Source: Haliotis rufescens | Lineage: Eukaryota | Reading direction: 5' to 3' | NCBI RefSeq assembly: GCF_023055435.1 | Contig: NW_025963890.1 | Span: forward strand, 22,754,001 to 22,818,000 | Length of the DNA: 64,000 bases | Part shown: one piece after another, positions 1 to 12,995 of the stretch | Layout: the number at the start of each line of letters is the position of its first letter | Position numbering within the stretch: position 1 is the stretch's first letter | Notes under the pieces: model-generated | Told to the model about the DNA's origin: nothing | Database searches by the model: none | What the model saw: only the letters and a program-made list of their open reading frames with translations | Position numbers and translations under genes: made by a program

Positions 1-389
1 TGACTTAAAACATTTTCTAAGGTGAATAAAAATCTTAATAATTTTTTGAATTTATAATGCAGAAATAACAGAAATGTGAAGATCAAAGTGATTGAGAACA
101 AAGGATTATTCAGTCGTTTGAAAGGCATTTCTAAGAAGTTGACGAGTGACAAAGAAGACACAAGTTATGGATAACAACTTCTTTATTCTACTGTAATGGC
201 GACATTTTGGTATAGATCCTTTTACTGATGTCAAGCAAGGTTTGCCTTGCTTGACAACGGTATAAGGATCTATACCAAAGTTGTCATTCATAAATTGTGT
301 CCACTTTCTGATTATTCAGTCCATGCAAAAAACACCAGAAATAGGCTTCACACATTAAAAGTTTAAGAGGATCTTTGATAGTTGAGGTG

Positions 390-745
390 AGGTTAAATGG
401 GTTTTAATGTCACGATAAAGATTATTGCACTTATATAGCAACCTGCATGCACGTGTGTGGCTGCATGTATTAGTCTGGACTTATGGCAGTTTTATAGTGC
501 TAGCCCACTGAGATACCATGCCGCAGTTTAATATGAATACCCTACTCAGACACAGTATACTGACTCTGAGTCCATCAGCCCTTGTTTTAGTCCCTTACTT
601 GAGCACCAGGCAGGGTAATAACAAGTACCATCTTTTAACATCTTTTTGTATGACACGGCTGGAGAAGGGACCCGAATCTTCCGCTCTCCGGCCAGATGCT
701 TTATCCATTAAAACACTGAGGTAGTTGGTCCTTTGATAGAGATTG
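390..745 (-). mobile_element. tRNA-derived SINE (MESC-like mollusc SINE), degraded
   Basis: Reverse strand has a tRNA-like head followed by 'gtcatacaaaaagatgttaaaagatggtact...ccctgcctggtgctca', resembling a mollusc SINE central domain. Partial copies at ~7028-7070 and ~46895-46950 share 'tgctagcc(c)a.tgaga'. Confidence 0.55.
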
Positions 746-1114
746 CTTGTTTGGAATGACACAGCTCCTTGTTAATAAGATAATTGTGTTAGTCGAATAC
801 TTACCACTTTGGCCTGCTTGTTGATTTGACAAGAGGTGACATTCCATCCCGATACAGGGACTTGGTCTTACTAAAGTTGACAATGTTGAAGATAACACGC
901 TGAAATGAAAAAGTGAATAACTGCAAGAAATGTTGGCGTGAAAAACAAGAGCAGATGCAGCACTAGGGCAGTAAGAGTAGATCTGCTGCTTTATTGCAGG
1001 CTTGATATTACTGCATCCAACAATATCACAATCAAACACAACATGCCCACAATGAGATGACAGTTATGTACATACTAAACACAGAAGGTTTACTTCAGGG
1101 CACCGATGGCACAG

Positions 1115-1618
1115 CCGGCTTACTCAGCTAGGGTCTGTATATGGGTTCTGCCGGCTTACTCAGCTAGGGTCTGTATATGGGTTCTGCCGGCTTACTCAGC
1201 TAGGGTCTGTATATGGGTTCTGCCGGCTTACTCAGCTAGAGTCTGTATATGGGTTCTGCCGGCTTACTCAGCTAGGGTCTGTATATGGGTTCTGCCGGCT
1301 TACTCAGCTAGGGTCTGTATATGGGTTCTGCCGGCTTACTCAGCTAGGGTCTGTATATGGGTTCTGCCGGCTTACTCAGCTAGGGTCTGTATATGAGTTC
1401 TGCCGGCTTACTCAGCTAGGGTCTGTATATGGGTTCTGCCGGCTTACTCAGCTAGGGTCTGTATATGGGTTCTGCCGGCTTACTCAACTAGGGTCTGTAT
1501 ATGGGTTCTGCCGGCTTACTCAGCTAGGGTCTGTATATGGGTTCTGCCGGCTTACTCAGCTAGGGTCTGTATATGGGTTCTGCCGGCTTACTCAGCTAGG
1601 GTCTGTATATGGGTTCTG
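1115..1618. repeat. 36-bp minisatellite, 14 near-identical copies
   Basis: Unit ccggcttactcagctagggtctgtatatgggttctg; 504 nt = 14 x 36; only a few single-base variants. Confidence 0.97.
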
Positions 1619-1893
1619 ACGTGAAATGATATCAAATTTCGAATTATGTCCTAATGTGAAAAAAAGATTACTACTACCATTGCAGACTCATAAAAAGACC
1701 CAGGTCAGCATGATCTTTCTTCACCAATATTTTTCTAGAATTCGTTTCCGAGGCAAAGTGAATCAATCTACTCCATAAAATCTAGTAAAATCTAATTATC
1801 TTTTACATTTGTATACTTATCCTGCATTACTCTTAAATACATTTACTGCTTTCTTTTGACAGAAAACCGATGCTACGGGGGTCCAACTGAAGA

Positions 1894-2025
1894 GTGAGAG
1901 AGTGAGTGAGTATGGTTTTACGCCGCTTTTAGCAATATTCACACATTGTACCCATGTTGGGAATCAAACCCCGGCCTTCGGCGTGACGAGCCAATGCTTT
2001 AACCACAAGCTACCCGACCGCCCCT
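1894..2025 (-). mobile_element. tRNA-derived SINE (family A)
   Basis: Reverse complement reads ggggcggtcgggtagcttgtggttaaagc...ggggtttgattccc (A/B-box-like), then aatattgctaaaagcggcgtaaaac and an (actc)n tail. Related copy at 56521-56645. Confidence 0.75.
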
Positions 2026-2229
2026 CTAGCTGAAGAAGAAGTTGATCCAATCAGTTTTGTGGCAGACCCCATCACATAGCGCAAACGGCCACAGAAGTGA
2101 TGACATCATGTATCTTCACATTACTGCTTGATTGTACCATCTGAAGACATCGTGAAGAGGCAGCTCTGTGATGGGGGGGGGGGGGGGGGACTGCATTACT
2201 CCTTAATGCATCTGAATTGGACGGTGGGC

Positions 2230-3800
2230 ATACCTTCAGATGAGATCCTCAGGAAAGACGAAGATGTCTAGGCAACTGGCAGGCACATCCCGTGTGCAGG
2301 TCGGCAACCAGTAGACCAAACATGTCTGAGGAAAGAACGAGAGTTTGAGGAAGTCGAGGTGAAAGGCAACCAGAGAAAATAGCATATGCTACAGTCTAAG
2401 TACTGACTTATCAAGCCAGTGCTTGTAGCATAAGGACCTCCCTATCTGGTGTACGAACACTGCAAGAGTTGGTAAGGCTGGCTCTGGACAGATGGAGATG
2501 CTAATGGCATCTGGCATTGTGTAAGCCTTCGACGTCTTCCAAGGCCACATCCCGCAGGTCCCTCAGGCAAAAACCCTTCCTTGATGGATCTTGTGGAACA
2601 ATTGCTGTTGGGAGCCTTCACAGAAGTGACCGCCCTGATCTCGTGAGGATTGTTGGCCCTCGGGGGATTAAGGCCAGTGGCCTCATAAGCCTTTAGGATG
2701 ACTGCTCATAACCACAGGGACATGGTGTTAAGTCTGACTTCTGTCAGGGATGTCAAGGAGATGGGAATGAAAAGCCATTTCTGGGCACCACGTTGAGTCT
2801 TAGAAAGGCAGTGAAAAACCCAAAGTGCACAAACTGGGCACTGAGGTCCTCCTCATCTTCATTACCCACAATCAAGGAGAGGTGATGGTGAAGGACCTGT
2901 CAGACTGTCCTGGGAGTTGATTCTTGGCAATGAAGTCCCAGCACAGCCCAAGGTGAACCGTTCCCTGCGCCCAAAACAGACCTGGGTGATGTCAAGTGTG
3001 TGCAGCTCACTAAACATTGCTGCCATAGCTAGAGCCAAGGGAAACACTGTCTTCTTGGTGTGGTTAAAGAGGAGGCTGAGTGGAGAGGCTCAAATCGAAG
3101 ACCAAGCTGAAATCTAAGAACCATGTTCAGATCCCAAGCAGTTCCGGAATCTTGGTCATTTTACGATCCTCCAGAACTGCCAGAACTGCCAACACTGAGT
3201 TAATGGCCACCAGGTAGGTAGTGATGGTGCTGCCCTTGAGATGTTGCTTGCTGTGCTGGAACAGAAGGAATTCAGCCAAGAACTGAGGAGACACTGAAGT
3301 GGGATCCTGATGTTTCTGTTTACAAAAGGAATCAAAGGAATGCCACTTGTCACCCTAGAGTCCCCGATTTAGAGGGCCTGTGCACCATGGCTGTGGCTTT
3401 AGCTGCTATCGTAGCAAAGGGCGTGGACAAGGAAAGTCCCAAGGAAACTTCCAGCCTCCCCTGGACAAGTACCAGGGCAAGAGTGGGGAGAACAAGGGTC
3501 CACTACAACTCTCAGTGTGGCCGAACCTCCTCATCACTAGGGCGTCATCTTGAAAAGGCTTTAGGTTCTCGGCTAGAGCAGCAAAAGACACAGTCATGGC
3601 GCACAGGCCTTCTAATCAGGGACTCATGATGAAGAGTGGCTTTCCCGAGGAAACATCTTAAGACTGCCTTGGCCAAGATCACCACCACACACCGACTCAG
3701 TTATTTGGCCATCTCATCTCTAGCATAACTGGAGACATGGGAATGCGTTTTGGAGATCTGGCTGTTAAACAATGAGGTTGCCTGCACTCTTGCTGGTTCT
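2230..3800 (-). mobile_element. Degenerate DIRS-type tyrosine-recombinase retrotransposon remnant in AGBL4 intron
   Basis: Minus-strand fragments WDLNMVLRF, RFEPL, KTVFPLALAMAAMFSELHTL, CPVCAL...LFIP...SLWL*AVILKAYE...PHEIRAVTS match DIRS tyrosine-recombinase motifs; stops and frameshifts present. Boundaries approximate. Confidence 0.8.
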
Positions 3801-4140
3801 GGTTGGAGATGAGAAACACATAAAGAATATATGGATGGCCTAAGATTCTTTAGATGTGTCAGAAACCCATCCCCGTTTCATTCTGATTATGTTTCCAGGT
3901 TTGTGCTCATGCTTGTGTGGATTTCACCCATATGTGAACATATGTGAAATATGTCCAACAACAAGTTGACATGAACACACGTAGGTGCTTAGGAACCTAG
4001 AAACAGTATCAAGGCAATCAGGATTCAAACCCACAATCAAAGGTTTCTTGCATGCCTAAGGCAGCAATTGCAGTGCCTAAGAAAACTGGGCCACTCTTTA
4101 CCCCTGGAAATACTACAATTCCATAACCGTAATGCCTCAC

Positions 4141-4265
4141 CTGGTCCGACCGCACATTCTCCACGGTAAAATTGAACCAAACTCGGAACCGTGGGTTGCA
4201 GGTGTCCGGTCGTATAAACAAGTCATACTCATGCTCTGTGATGTAATCTACCCGCCCTAGATTTC
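4141..4265 (-). CDS. AGBL4: Cytosolic carboxypeptidase 6 (AGBL4/CCP6), coding exon 3
   Basis: ttttcAG acceptor and GTgag donor; encodes (G)NLGRVDYITEHEYDLFIRPDTCNPRFRVWFNFTVENVRSDQ, nearly identical to the vertebrate AGBL4 N-terminal domain. 125 nt, phase 1 to 0. Confidence 0.95.
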
Positions 4266-4544
4266 CTGAAAACAGTGAACAAACTGTACAGAAAAACAGA
4301 ATTAAACAATAACATACACATCATATAACATATACATGATACCACATAAAGCATGGGAAAAGTGTAAATTGACCTGTAGTTTAACACAATTAAAATTCAT
4401 AAGTTCATTGGTCATTTCATCTTATAGCTTAACATCATTCTCATTACAATCACACCTATTACCATGATACCTCCCTGAGCCAAGATCTGTTGACACCTCC
4501 CAAGGATGTCAGGTCAGGTGAAACCTGAGATAACATTGACTTCC

Positions 4545-4994
4545 CAATCTCATTAAAATCAGATCTTAGTTCTCGCTACCGCCACACAAAGATCTGAGAA
4601 CATCCCTTTACGGGTCAAGTCAGACCATCCTTGCCCAACCAATGGAATGACCAATCAGAAGCCAGCTTTCTCGTGCTTTACGGCACTAATTTCAAATTGG
4701 CGATTACGCTTCGAAACATATTTTGACAAATTCTCGATTACAAATTTGAAACCGGAACAAAAGAACATTCTGGAATGGCTAATAGATAGTCTAGATTGTA
4801 TGGATTCAGTCGTTAAACCCGTAACTATCGTTCAGAATACCCCGTGTTAAAGTTTTCGAGGTTGCGTGATCAGAAATCAAATTTCGACTGTCAATTTCAT
4901 GATCTGGTAAGTGACGCTCTGATTGGTTGGATGAAAGGTCGTCAGATCTTTGTTGAGCGGTTGCGAGAACTAAGGTCTGATTTGAATGAGATTG
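4545..4994 (+). mobile_element. Non-autonomous DNA transposon (AcademH-like), copy 1
   Basis: TIRs caatctcattaaaatcagatcttagttctcgctaccg / cggttgcgagaactaaggtctgatttgaatgagattg; direct flanks attgacttcc (4535-4544, 4995-5004); internal RecQ Q-motif-like ORF remnant. Confidence 0.85.
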
Positions 4995-5388
4995 ATTGAC
5001 TTCCCAATCTAAATGAAGGGTGTGTGGGTTCTTTAGCCAATCGGATGTCATCTTTCTAAAATGATTCAGCTTCACTTCTTAGCCTCAATTCAGAAATTTT
5101 GATTTGTACAACGACAAAAAAAACACAGAACACAAATAGGCTATTCCTTTGATGGTACACCATCATGCTCAGAAATGACAGGGTGATCAAAATGAAAATA
5201 TCCACAATTATGATACGGTGCAGCCTGAATATATTACATTCAAAGATGGTCATTTCAGCTTGTTTTCGAGATACAGGAATCAGATAGGCTGGTCTGAATG
5301 CTTAGCTCACTCGTATAGAGAGTTTAGAATCCTCAAAGCTGATTGACACAACCAGTGCAGCAGTCCTAACCATTGAGGCATCATGATA

Positions 5389-5477
5389 TATACTATTCAA
5401 AAGAAGTTAAGGAACACCTAATTAACTAAAGTAATATGACAGAATTGGGTGTTCTTTAAGTTCTTTTGAGTAGTATA
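5389..5477. mobile_element. ~90-bp Tc1/mariner-like mini-MITE nested in a decayed SINE
   Basis: ~30-bp imperfect inverted arms tatactattcaaaagaagttaaggaacacc / ggtgttctttaagttcttttgagtagtata with TA ends. Flanks (~5290-5570) resemble reverse-strand family-B SINE. Confidence 0.65.
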
Positions 5478-6598
5478 CGATCAGCGAAGTCACAGTGACC
5501 ACCTGATCAATTTAGTTTTACGTCAAGTAAAGGTTACTGGGGACCAATTCTAAACCAGAAACCCATGGAGACTTGCACTGAAAACATTCAAGCAGACTGC
5601 GGTCTCCATAACCCTTCAGTCTCACAAACAACTATACAAAAACAATTCAATAACTTCTAAACTGGAATCTTTAAAAAAATCATAAAACAAAACTCATGAA
5701 GTCATAGTGCATAAGCAACTGCCATATCCTTGAACCTATTGTACATATGAAAAATGATACACAGCAACAGAGCAATAAATAACTGTCCAATTTTCAAAAG
5801 ATATCTGCAAGAATTTTAATGCCACACTGCCAATGATAAAAGAAAAGTCTGATATGACCTGATGAAAATCCCAAGATGCAAAATTACTATTTGCTTTAGA
5901 AAATTGGATCAATAGTATATCCGAAGTTAAGGTCTAAACATAAAAATCTAACAAAAAGACAGGAAGTGCATCAGTTCCTGATGCCAAGGGAGATTTATTT
6001 CATCAGTGTTGAGAATCTTGTATTGTTACATTCTAATGGAAAACAAAAACAGAATTTTCTCAAGCTGCTGGCGTGGGTGGCTGGATCTCCGCCTTCCACG
6101 GGATACACTCTCTATGTTTGATGGAAGAGGAGAGTTATAGAGCTTTATAGTTTGTTTGACAAGAGTTGATTACAGTGTATATCTAGCGAGAGGATAAAAA
6201 CCATGATAGATATTATTAGGGGTGGCAATCGTTATTGATAATAGAGATTGATACTCGCTAACTAAATACCGATCAATTACCGACAAATATTGAAGAAGTA
6301 ACTTCAAGCAAACATGCAAGGAAGTCACGAAAGAAATCAACATACATTTGTACATGTATCTCACACCACGGGTGTGCAGAGACACATTTATACATAGATT
6401 ACTTTGTGGACATTTGAGATAATAAAAAAACCAGTTGCTTTCCGTCTTTGACAATTGACATGATTGACAATAACAAGTCTGTATCGATAAATCTAAACTT
6501 TATTTCATCACAATGGTTTATGTAAGTTATTATCGATGACAACAATTTCATATCAAGAATCATTAATTTTCTTCCCGTCAACGATAATTCCAATGGGG

Positions 6599-6700
6599 CT
6601 GGGACAATACAGCAACTGTGCTATAATACGTATTATGATACCATGGTCGCTGGGACAATACACCAACTGTGCTATAATACGTATTATGATACCATGGTCG
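6599..6700. repeat. 51-bp tandem duplication
   Basis: ctgggacaatac(ag/ac)caactgtgctataatacgtattatgataccatggtcg occurs twice. Confidence 0.85.
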
Positions 6701-8645
6701 CGATCCCGTATGCATCACAATACTTGCATGTGCTCTTATCTGTGGAGTGTAAGCCATCTTTTTTATAACAAGATGGACAAATACCTGGCACACTGATGAT
6801 TTACTGTTGACAGTGTCAGGTATGGCACAATGGATGAAAATATTTATGTTTTCATGATTAATTTTCCCTACTAATTAGTGTATTGCGTAACAGTTAATAA
6901 AGACAACATTCAAGGTAAGGATCGATATGTTTTAGTTAGTGTGCGACTGTGATTGATTGATTGATACTTGTATCGAGCAGTAAAAAACTGACATCCTCTG
7001 ATGCATCGTCCCACTACTACTCATAATAGTGCTAGCCAAATGAGACACATTATACTGACTCTGAGCACATTAGGTGGTTATGATGATGATGATGATAATA
7101 ATGATTTATAGTTCACAAAATAACATTTACTCAAATGAGAGGATGTGAACATTTAAAACATATATTTCAGAAATAACTCAACCCTTTCATGTTTCCACAC
7201 TTAACAAAATTACATGCCACATGATCAGTGAGGCCTTCAGCAAGGGCCAGTATTCAATTTCCTTCAATGGAGACGCCCTACTTTAAATTCTGCGTCACTT
7301 TTATTTCCACAATCATAATGGCATGATATCCTGAGAAATATACCAATTAATCAGTCTAATCAATGTATGTTTGGCACCGAGCCATTCAGGATACAGGGCT
7401 CCAATTCAGTTCCTTTTCCAATGCACTGACTGATTGTCAAACAAAATGCTCTAAAGTTGTTGTTTTTAAATATGATAACAATATAGAAAAATGTCCTATT
7501 AATACTTGCAAACTCTTGAAAATGTCCTAATGACATTTGTATCAAGCAAAATTACCTCAATCAATTTTTGGTTGAAGATTTCTTAAATACGACCCTGAAT
7601 TCTCTATAGTAGGAGTATATATAACACTTATGGGATATAAACACGCTGACTTTACAAATGAAATGAAAGTTCTTTACATACTTCTTAATCACATCATTTT
7701 ATGTTATTGGAGATAATGAAGCAGAAAGAAAGCAAATACCATTCATTATCCATCAATAATCATTAGTAGTCACCTGTAGTGATGATTGGTCATGATTTCT
7801 GATTTGTTTAAACATATGAAAATTGAATGAGATTAATTAGCTGATTAGTACAGGACCATATGTAGTCGTTACTGGCCTCATTTCAATTCTGCTTCCACTG
7901 GGTATGACACCTCAATCCTTTCACAAGACATGGAGTGTGAACAACTCATTTCCCTTTATTCCCTAAGGGGGCCAATAAAAATTAGTCCACTTATTCAGAT
8001 GAATGGGTCTTTAAGATGACTGTCAGCAACAACTTGAACACCATATGACTGCACTGATTATGGGTGGTGACATATGTTGTATTGTCTATAGTAATAATGA
8101 AAAGAGGTATAATTAAACATTTGAACACTATATAATATGTATATTGATAATAAGGTTGTGATACGAACTAAGGTAAATATATGTAAAACTTCTTAAGTTA
8201 AGGAAACCTAATCCTTCTTCACAAGGAAATCACTAGTCACCAAACCAAAATAAATTCAGTGAACTAGAGTCAAATTAACAATGACTTGGGAACTATCAGA
8301 AACTGGTGTTTTAACATTCATTTTCTCTTAGTACATATCATCCTTAAAACAGGTACATGACTTTACAATATGATACAAAATATCCCAATGCACCAATATT
8401 TAGGAAATATTACTAGGTGTGTAAAGATTATCCGAACATTTTATGCATCACAATACTCTGTGCCACAAAAGAAGTATTGCATCAGAAAACTATGTATCGA
8501 TACCAAACGATACACATACATATAAGGGTGACCAATACAACTTAATGAAAATTAATTGCAAAAATACAAAAATTATATTTCCTGCCAGTATGTACAAGAC
8601 TTTTCCAGCCATTTTTTGATTATATAACTCAAACCTACTAAATAA

Positions 8646-9062
8646 TAGAGGTGTAACGGTACGTGATACAATACATATCCCAATACTATGAGTGCAATAA
8701 GATTTGTATCCCAAGACAGTACTTCCTTTTCACAAGTTGATATTCTTTCTCTTTTCAGGTGAATCACAATCCTGTATCATTTGTTATTACATTTCAGAGA
8801 TCAAAGATGGGATATTGTTGGGCAGAAACATATTGGTAGAGGGCGCTGTGAATGTTATGTCATTTATGTCCAAACATGAAATACTAGAGCAATTACGTAA
8901 GCTGGTGGTTGAACAGTTTCTCTTATTATTCACGTTTTAACACCAATATAACTTGAAATGATACTTGATATGTATCACGATACAGTGATCGTAAATTGAT
9001 GTTTTGGATCATGGGCCTCTTATCACGATACAATACCGTATCACCATATCCTTACACCACTA
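8646..9062. mobile_element. hAT-like MITE
   Basis: Termini tagaggtgtaacgg / tccttacaccacta; 8-bp flanks ctaaataa / ctaaatat (7 of 8 match); subterminal gatac/gtatc repeats. Confidence 0.65.
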
Positions 9063-9462
9063 CTAAATATGGTTTGGTCACGTTTATTTTCAATATCTGA
9101 TGATGATGGGATATGTCTCTTAACATGCATCCCTGATTCACTAGTGTACTACTTTTCCATTCCATTTTGAAATAAACAATGGACCCAGTCACAACAAGAG
9201 TTTTGTTTTGGAAGTGAGGTATCTGGCTCTCATCTCGAACTTAGCACAGAATTTCCATCACTTGCAAGAGTAGTTCAATTGGACATAGTTTTTAGTGTTG
9301 TGCCATTCAACTGGGCTCAAAACATGTTATGTGTCAAGTTTTCATTTTTCATATTGTGTATTATATTATGATCTTATTATTAATATATGTATGGTCTTGC
9401 GACAAAAAGTCCCATTACAGACCTACTCATTATAGCACTAGTAAGGAAAGAAAGAGGCTTAC

Positions 9463-9588
9463 CACTTTCAAAACATGCATCAAATATGAGATGTCCTTTC
9501 TTTGGTTTTCCACTGTAGCCTGGTGGGACAACTGCAAATTTGTTGACATTTCCAACAACCGGTTCTTCAGTGCTATCAGAATCACTTC
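9463..9588 (-). CDS. AGBL4: AGBL4/CCP6 coding exon 2
   Basis: ctAG acceptor and GTaag donor; encodes (G)SDSDSTEEPVVGNVNKFAVVPPGYSGKPKKGHLIFDACFES(G). Joins exon 3 in frame to give the CCP motif FESGNL. 126 nt. Confidence 0.95.
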
Positions 9589-10294
9589 CTAGTCAACAAC
9601 ATAAACAAACCTTTCAATGTCATCAAATATGCCATGATAGAATGTATGCACATAGATGATCTACCTGTGATTTTTATGTATGTTCTTTTGAACGTATTTT
9701 GATTAAAATCTATATGAGGTACAGATATTGTAATTCAACAAATTAATGTATGCTCTTCTTCAGCCATAAACCAGCATTGTGTACATTTTAATTGTAAACA
9801 ACTTTGACTAAAGCCAAATAATGGTGTGAAATTCTGGGTCCAAATCCTGCTGTTTTCCATTACGGTGGCTTAAAAAGCAATCTCTATTTTGCAATTAATC
9901 TGTAGCAGATAGGCTATATGAATTTAGGCTTATTTTTTTATTCGTGATTAAATATTCGTTGTTTTATGAAAATTTCATAATTATGCATATAGTGGTTCAC
10001 AGTACACCCATTGACTTAACTTACAATTATAATGACATCAACTATGCACACATCGTTGTAGTTTTTCATTTATGCATATCATTTTGTTTTAACTGTCGCT
10101 TTCCTGTTTCCAACGTCATTATCCAAACAAATTATCAAATGACATCTTTCCTCGAAATAACTTTTTTTTTTAATTTGAATTGTAAATCGTTGCTTTCATG
10201 GAATTTGGAAATTGGAAAAGTTGTTAATTATTGCACATCGATATCTAACATTTTATGCACTTTAATTCGGTCAAACGTCACTAGAACCCAAAGC

Positions 10295-10540
10295 TCGCGG
10301 TACTAGGCAACTGTAAACAAACCTGAATCCCCTCGCTTGTCAGCCATGTTGGTTATTTTAAGCTATGTGGGCATGCGCGAATAATAACGGAACTGGTTTG
10401 CCGTTCTGGTGTTTCAATTGGCTAATGTATTGCAACTGTAGAAACTGTCCAATCACTGCTTTGTGCGTTTCAACTGGTCTGTCAAGTAACTAGTAACTGG
10501 ATTTAGAATTCAATGATTTGAGTGTGACGTCAAGAAAGAC
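10295..10540. promoter_or_regulatory. AGBL4 promoter region, possibly shared with ELAV
   Basis: ATTGG (~10417) and CCAAT (~10449) in opposite orientations; full CRE TGACGTCA at 10525-10532; X-box-like ggtactaggcaac at 10299-10311 next to forkhead motif tgtaaaca. Confidence 0.55.
10323..10347 (-). CDS. AGBL4: AGBL4/CCP6 coding exon 1 (start codon)
   Basis: caacATGG Kozak context; MADKRGDS(G); phase-1 GTttgt donor compatible with exon 2; lies next to a CCAAT/CRE-containing promoter-like region. Confidence 0.75.
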
Positions 10541-12989
10541 GGACCCTGCAGCCGTGCATAAAATGACTGTGCTTTAATTTGAATTAGCACGGTGTATGAA
10601 TTCCCGTAGATCTGAAAGAAGGAGCTTCATATTATGCCGAACAGATCAATAAAACATTAGCCCCCATACATAAAATTCTACCACCAGCACTATTCCCATG
10701 AGTATTCCCGCCACCTTAACGGCTCGCACTTGTTTATATCACGCCGCTGAATAAAATAGTCCCAATAACAAAATAGTAATTTATTGTGAACATAGTAATT
10801 TAAGTAGTTGTTTTTGTCCTGACATGACTGATATCGTATGTCTGTTAGCATAGTATAACAGAAATTAGTACAGTAGCCCAAAGTTACACAATTCATTTTT
10901 ATTGACAGATCGATCTCAGTGACGTAGTATAAATGCGCCATGTAGTAACAGACCGATCTTTGCTGGTTATGTTCTTGTTAGTAGCTGTGGTGTGGAAATT
11001 TGGTTACGTTTTCAATTTATTTCAGTGACATTTTCTTAAATTTAATTTATCTTGTTTGATGTAGAAGTGTTAAATTTCAATTTGAAGAAACTGTCATTCT
11101 TTGAATATCATTTTGTAACAAAACTGGAGTATTTCTTCACGGAGCCAAAGCCGCCAATATTTCACATCTTCCAAAGTGCGTTCACGCGCACTTCGAGACT
11201 GCTGTTATTTTATTGCACAAACTCCGATATAATTCAAGGATTATACATTTCTAAGGTAGGTGAAATTCCATGTACCGTTGTCATAAACTGTTTATCTAAC
11301 GTGTGTAGCACTGAGTACAACACGCGATGAACACATGGGCATTCGCCGCCTGGCAGATGATGTTTCCTTCATTCGTCTGCTGGGTTCCACAACCCGTGAT
11401 CGTGTTCCCTAAACGCTACCAGCCACCGAAACCTATATTACCAGTGATTTGGGAACGTAGACATAACCTAGTTTAATTGATGTTATGACTGCAGGTGGCA
11501 AACGGCCATTCTGTCCACACCTAACTTGTCAAAATTTCGCGGCTACTAGCTAACGGGAACAGAGAGGTGTGAGCGAGGCTATCGCGTGCCACCTGCCAAA
11601 TATTGGGGTCGACGGCACGTGGGAGCCTAGCTCGGCACGAGCCTGATGACAACAAAGCGGCATGGCTTTCATGTAGCTTGCCCGTGCATGACGGCTATCT
11701 TGCCCCGATGTCTGCTTATTGTTTATTTACTACTGGTCGTCTGTACCTGGATATCGTAAAGTGACATTTAAATGCATTTAAGAATCTTTTCAAATTTACA
11801 GGTGGGCCATAAATCTAGAATCTGATAAAGTCCGTCCAGTATATATATCTATATGATTACTCAAAATTCGGATACAGGCCTACATCATCTCGTTGTATCC
11901 AAATTGTAATTTGACCTGTTATTTGAAAGCGCCAGCTGTTCACACCTCACATGATCATGCGTGGTCTGTCATTGTAATAGTGACTATTTTGTATGCGGTT
12001 TTGTAGCCTTTGAAATATGTAAGCTTCAACCCAACCTAGAATACATTTAAAGTATTTGTTGAAGGATTCCTGTGTGAAATCAGTGTTATTTGCTAAGTAT
12101 GCAACTGCTGTCTTTATGATACTGCTTTGTGTCAGTCTTGTACAGAACAGTATATTTATGTACCATATTTATCTTTTTTTATAAATGTTTCCATTTTAAC
12201 GTTTCTGTTAAGAGGCATCATAAGATAAAGGATTTTAAAAATTAGAATGAATAAGGAGTGGCCAGGAGACACCAGTTATTTTAAAAATGACAGGGTTATT
12301 CATACTTTGGCAGCCCAAATTGATAAAAAAAAATACCTGATCTTTTGTGAATATCAACAGTTTTACCTTCAACATTCAGACTCTGACATTAATGAACAAG
12401 AGTATGTCATTCTTGTGATATTACCATCAACAGTTTATGTATATGTTGAATGTATTTTGAATGTTGAATGTTATACCTGCAAGTAGTATGTATACACTTT
12501 ATGGACGGAGTACACATGTCCAGCATGAGACTAAGTTCATGATAATGTCCATAATTCCTAAATAACATTAACGATGATGAAAGTGGTCCAATGTCTATGA
12601 TGCAATCAGTGTGAGGAGGCTTCCTCTATCTGACCAACCGCTGCTCTTTGTCAAGCTTTACATATCATGTGAATATTCAAATATTACTGTAAACTGTTAA
12701 CCAATAAAGTCAAAGTGGTAGAGCCCTTCTGTTCAAGTACCACAATCACTGACACCCAGAGAGACATTTGGCGTAGTCCCCCTCAACAGAAGCTGGCTTT
12801 ATCTAGGAACAATTTGATTGGCTAGCAGCACATCAGTATTAATTTTCTCCCTCTCGAGCTGCTATTTATGTTGAGGTCAGGCAGTGAAGCCTGTCATTCA
12901 TACAGTTGACTGCTACTGTGCACACAGCTAGTAGTCTTCTCGGACCTTTTTTCCCTTTTTGTTCTCTCAGTTATTTTAGGATATTCTCA

Positions 12990-12995
12990 ATGCAG
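12990..12995 (+). CDS. elav: Candidate ELAV first coding exon (ATG CAG, phase-0 donor)
   Basis: ATG CAG|GTATGT strong donor; splices in frame to the 13957 acceptor giving [15 protein letters not shown]. Confidence 0.5.

Noticed and set aside
1106-1396. ORF of PAYSARVCIWVL repeats
   Set aside because: Translation of a 36-bp minisatellite; no splice or protein-family support.
6217-7016. Possible hAT MITE (taggggtgg...cccacta)
   Set aside because: TIR match poor and no target-site duplication found.
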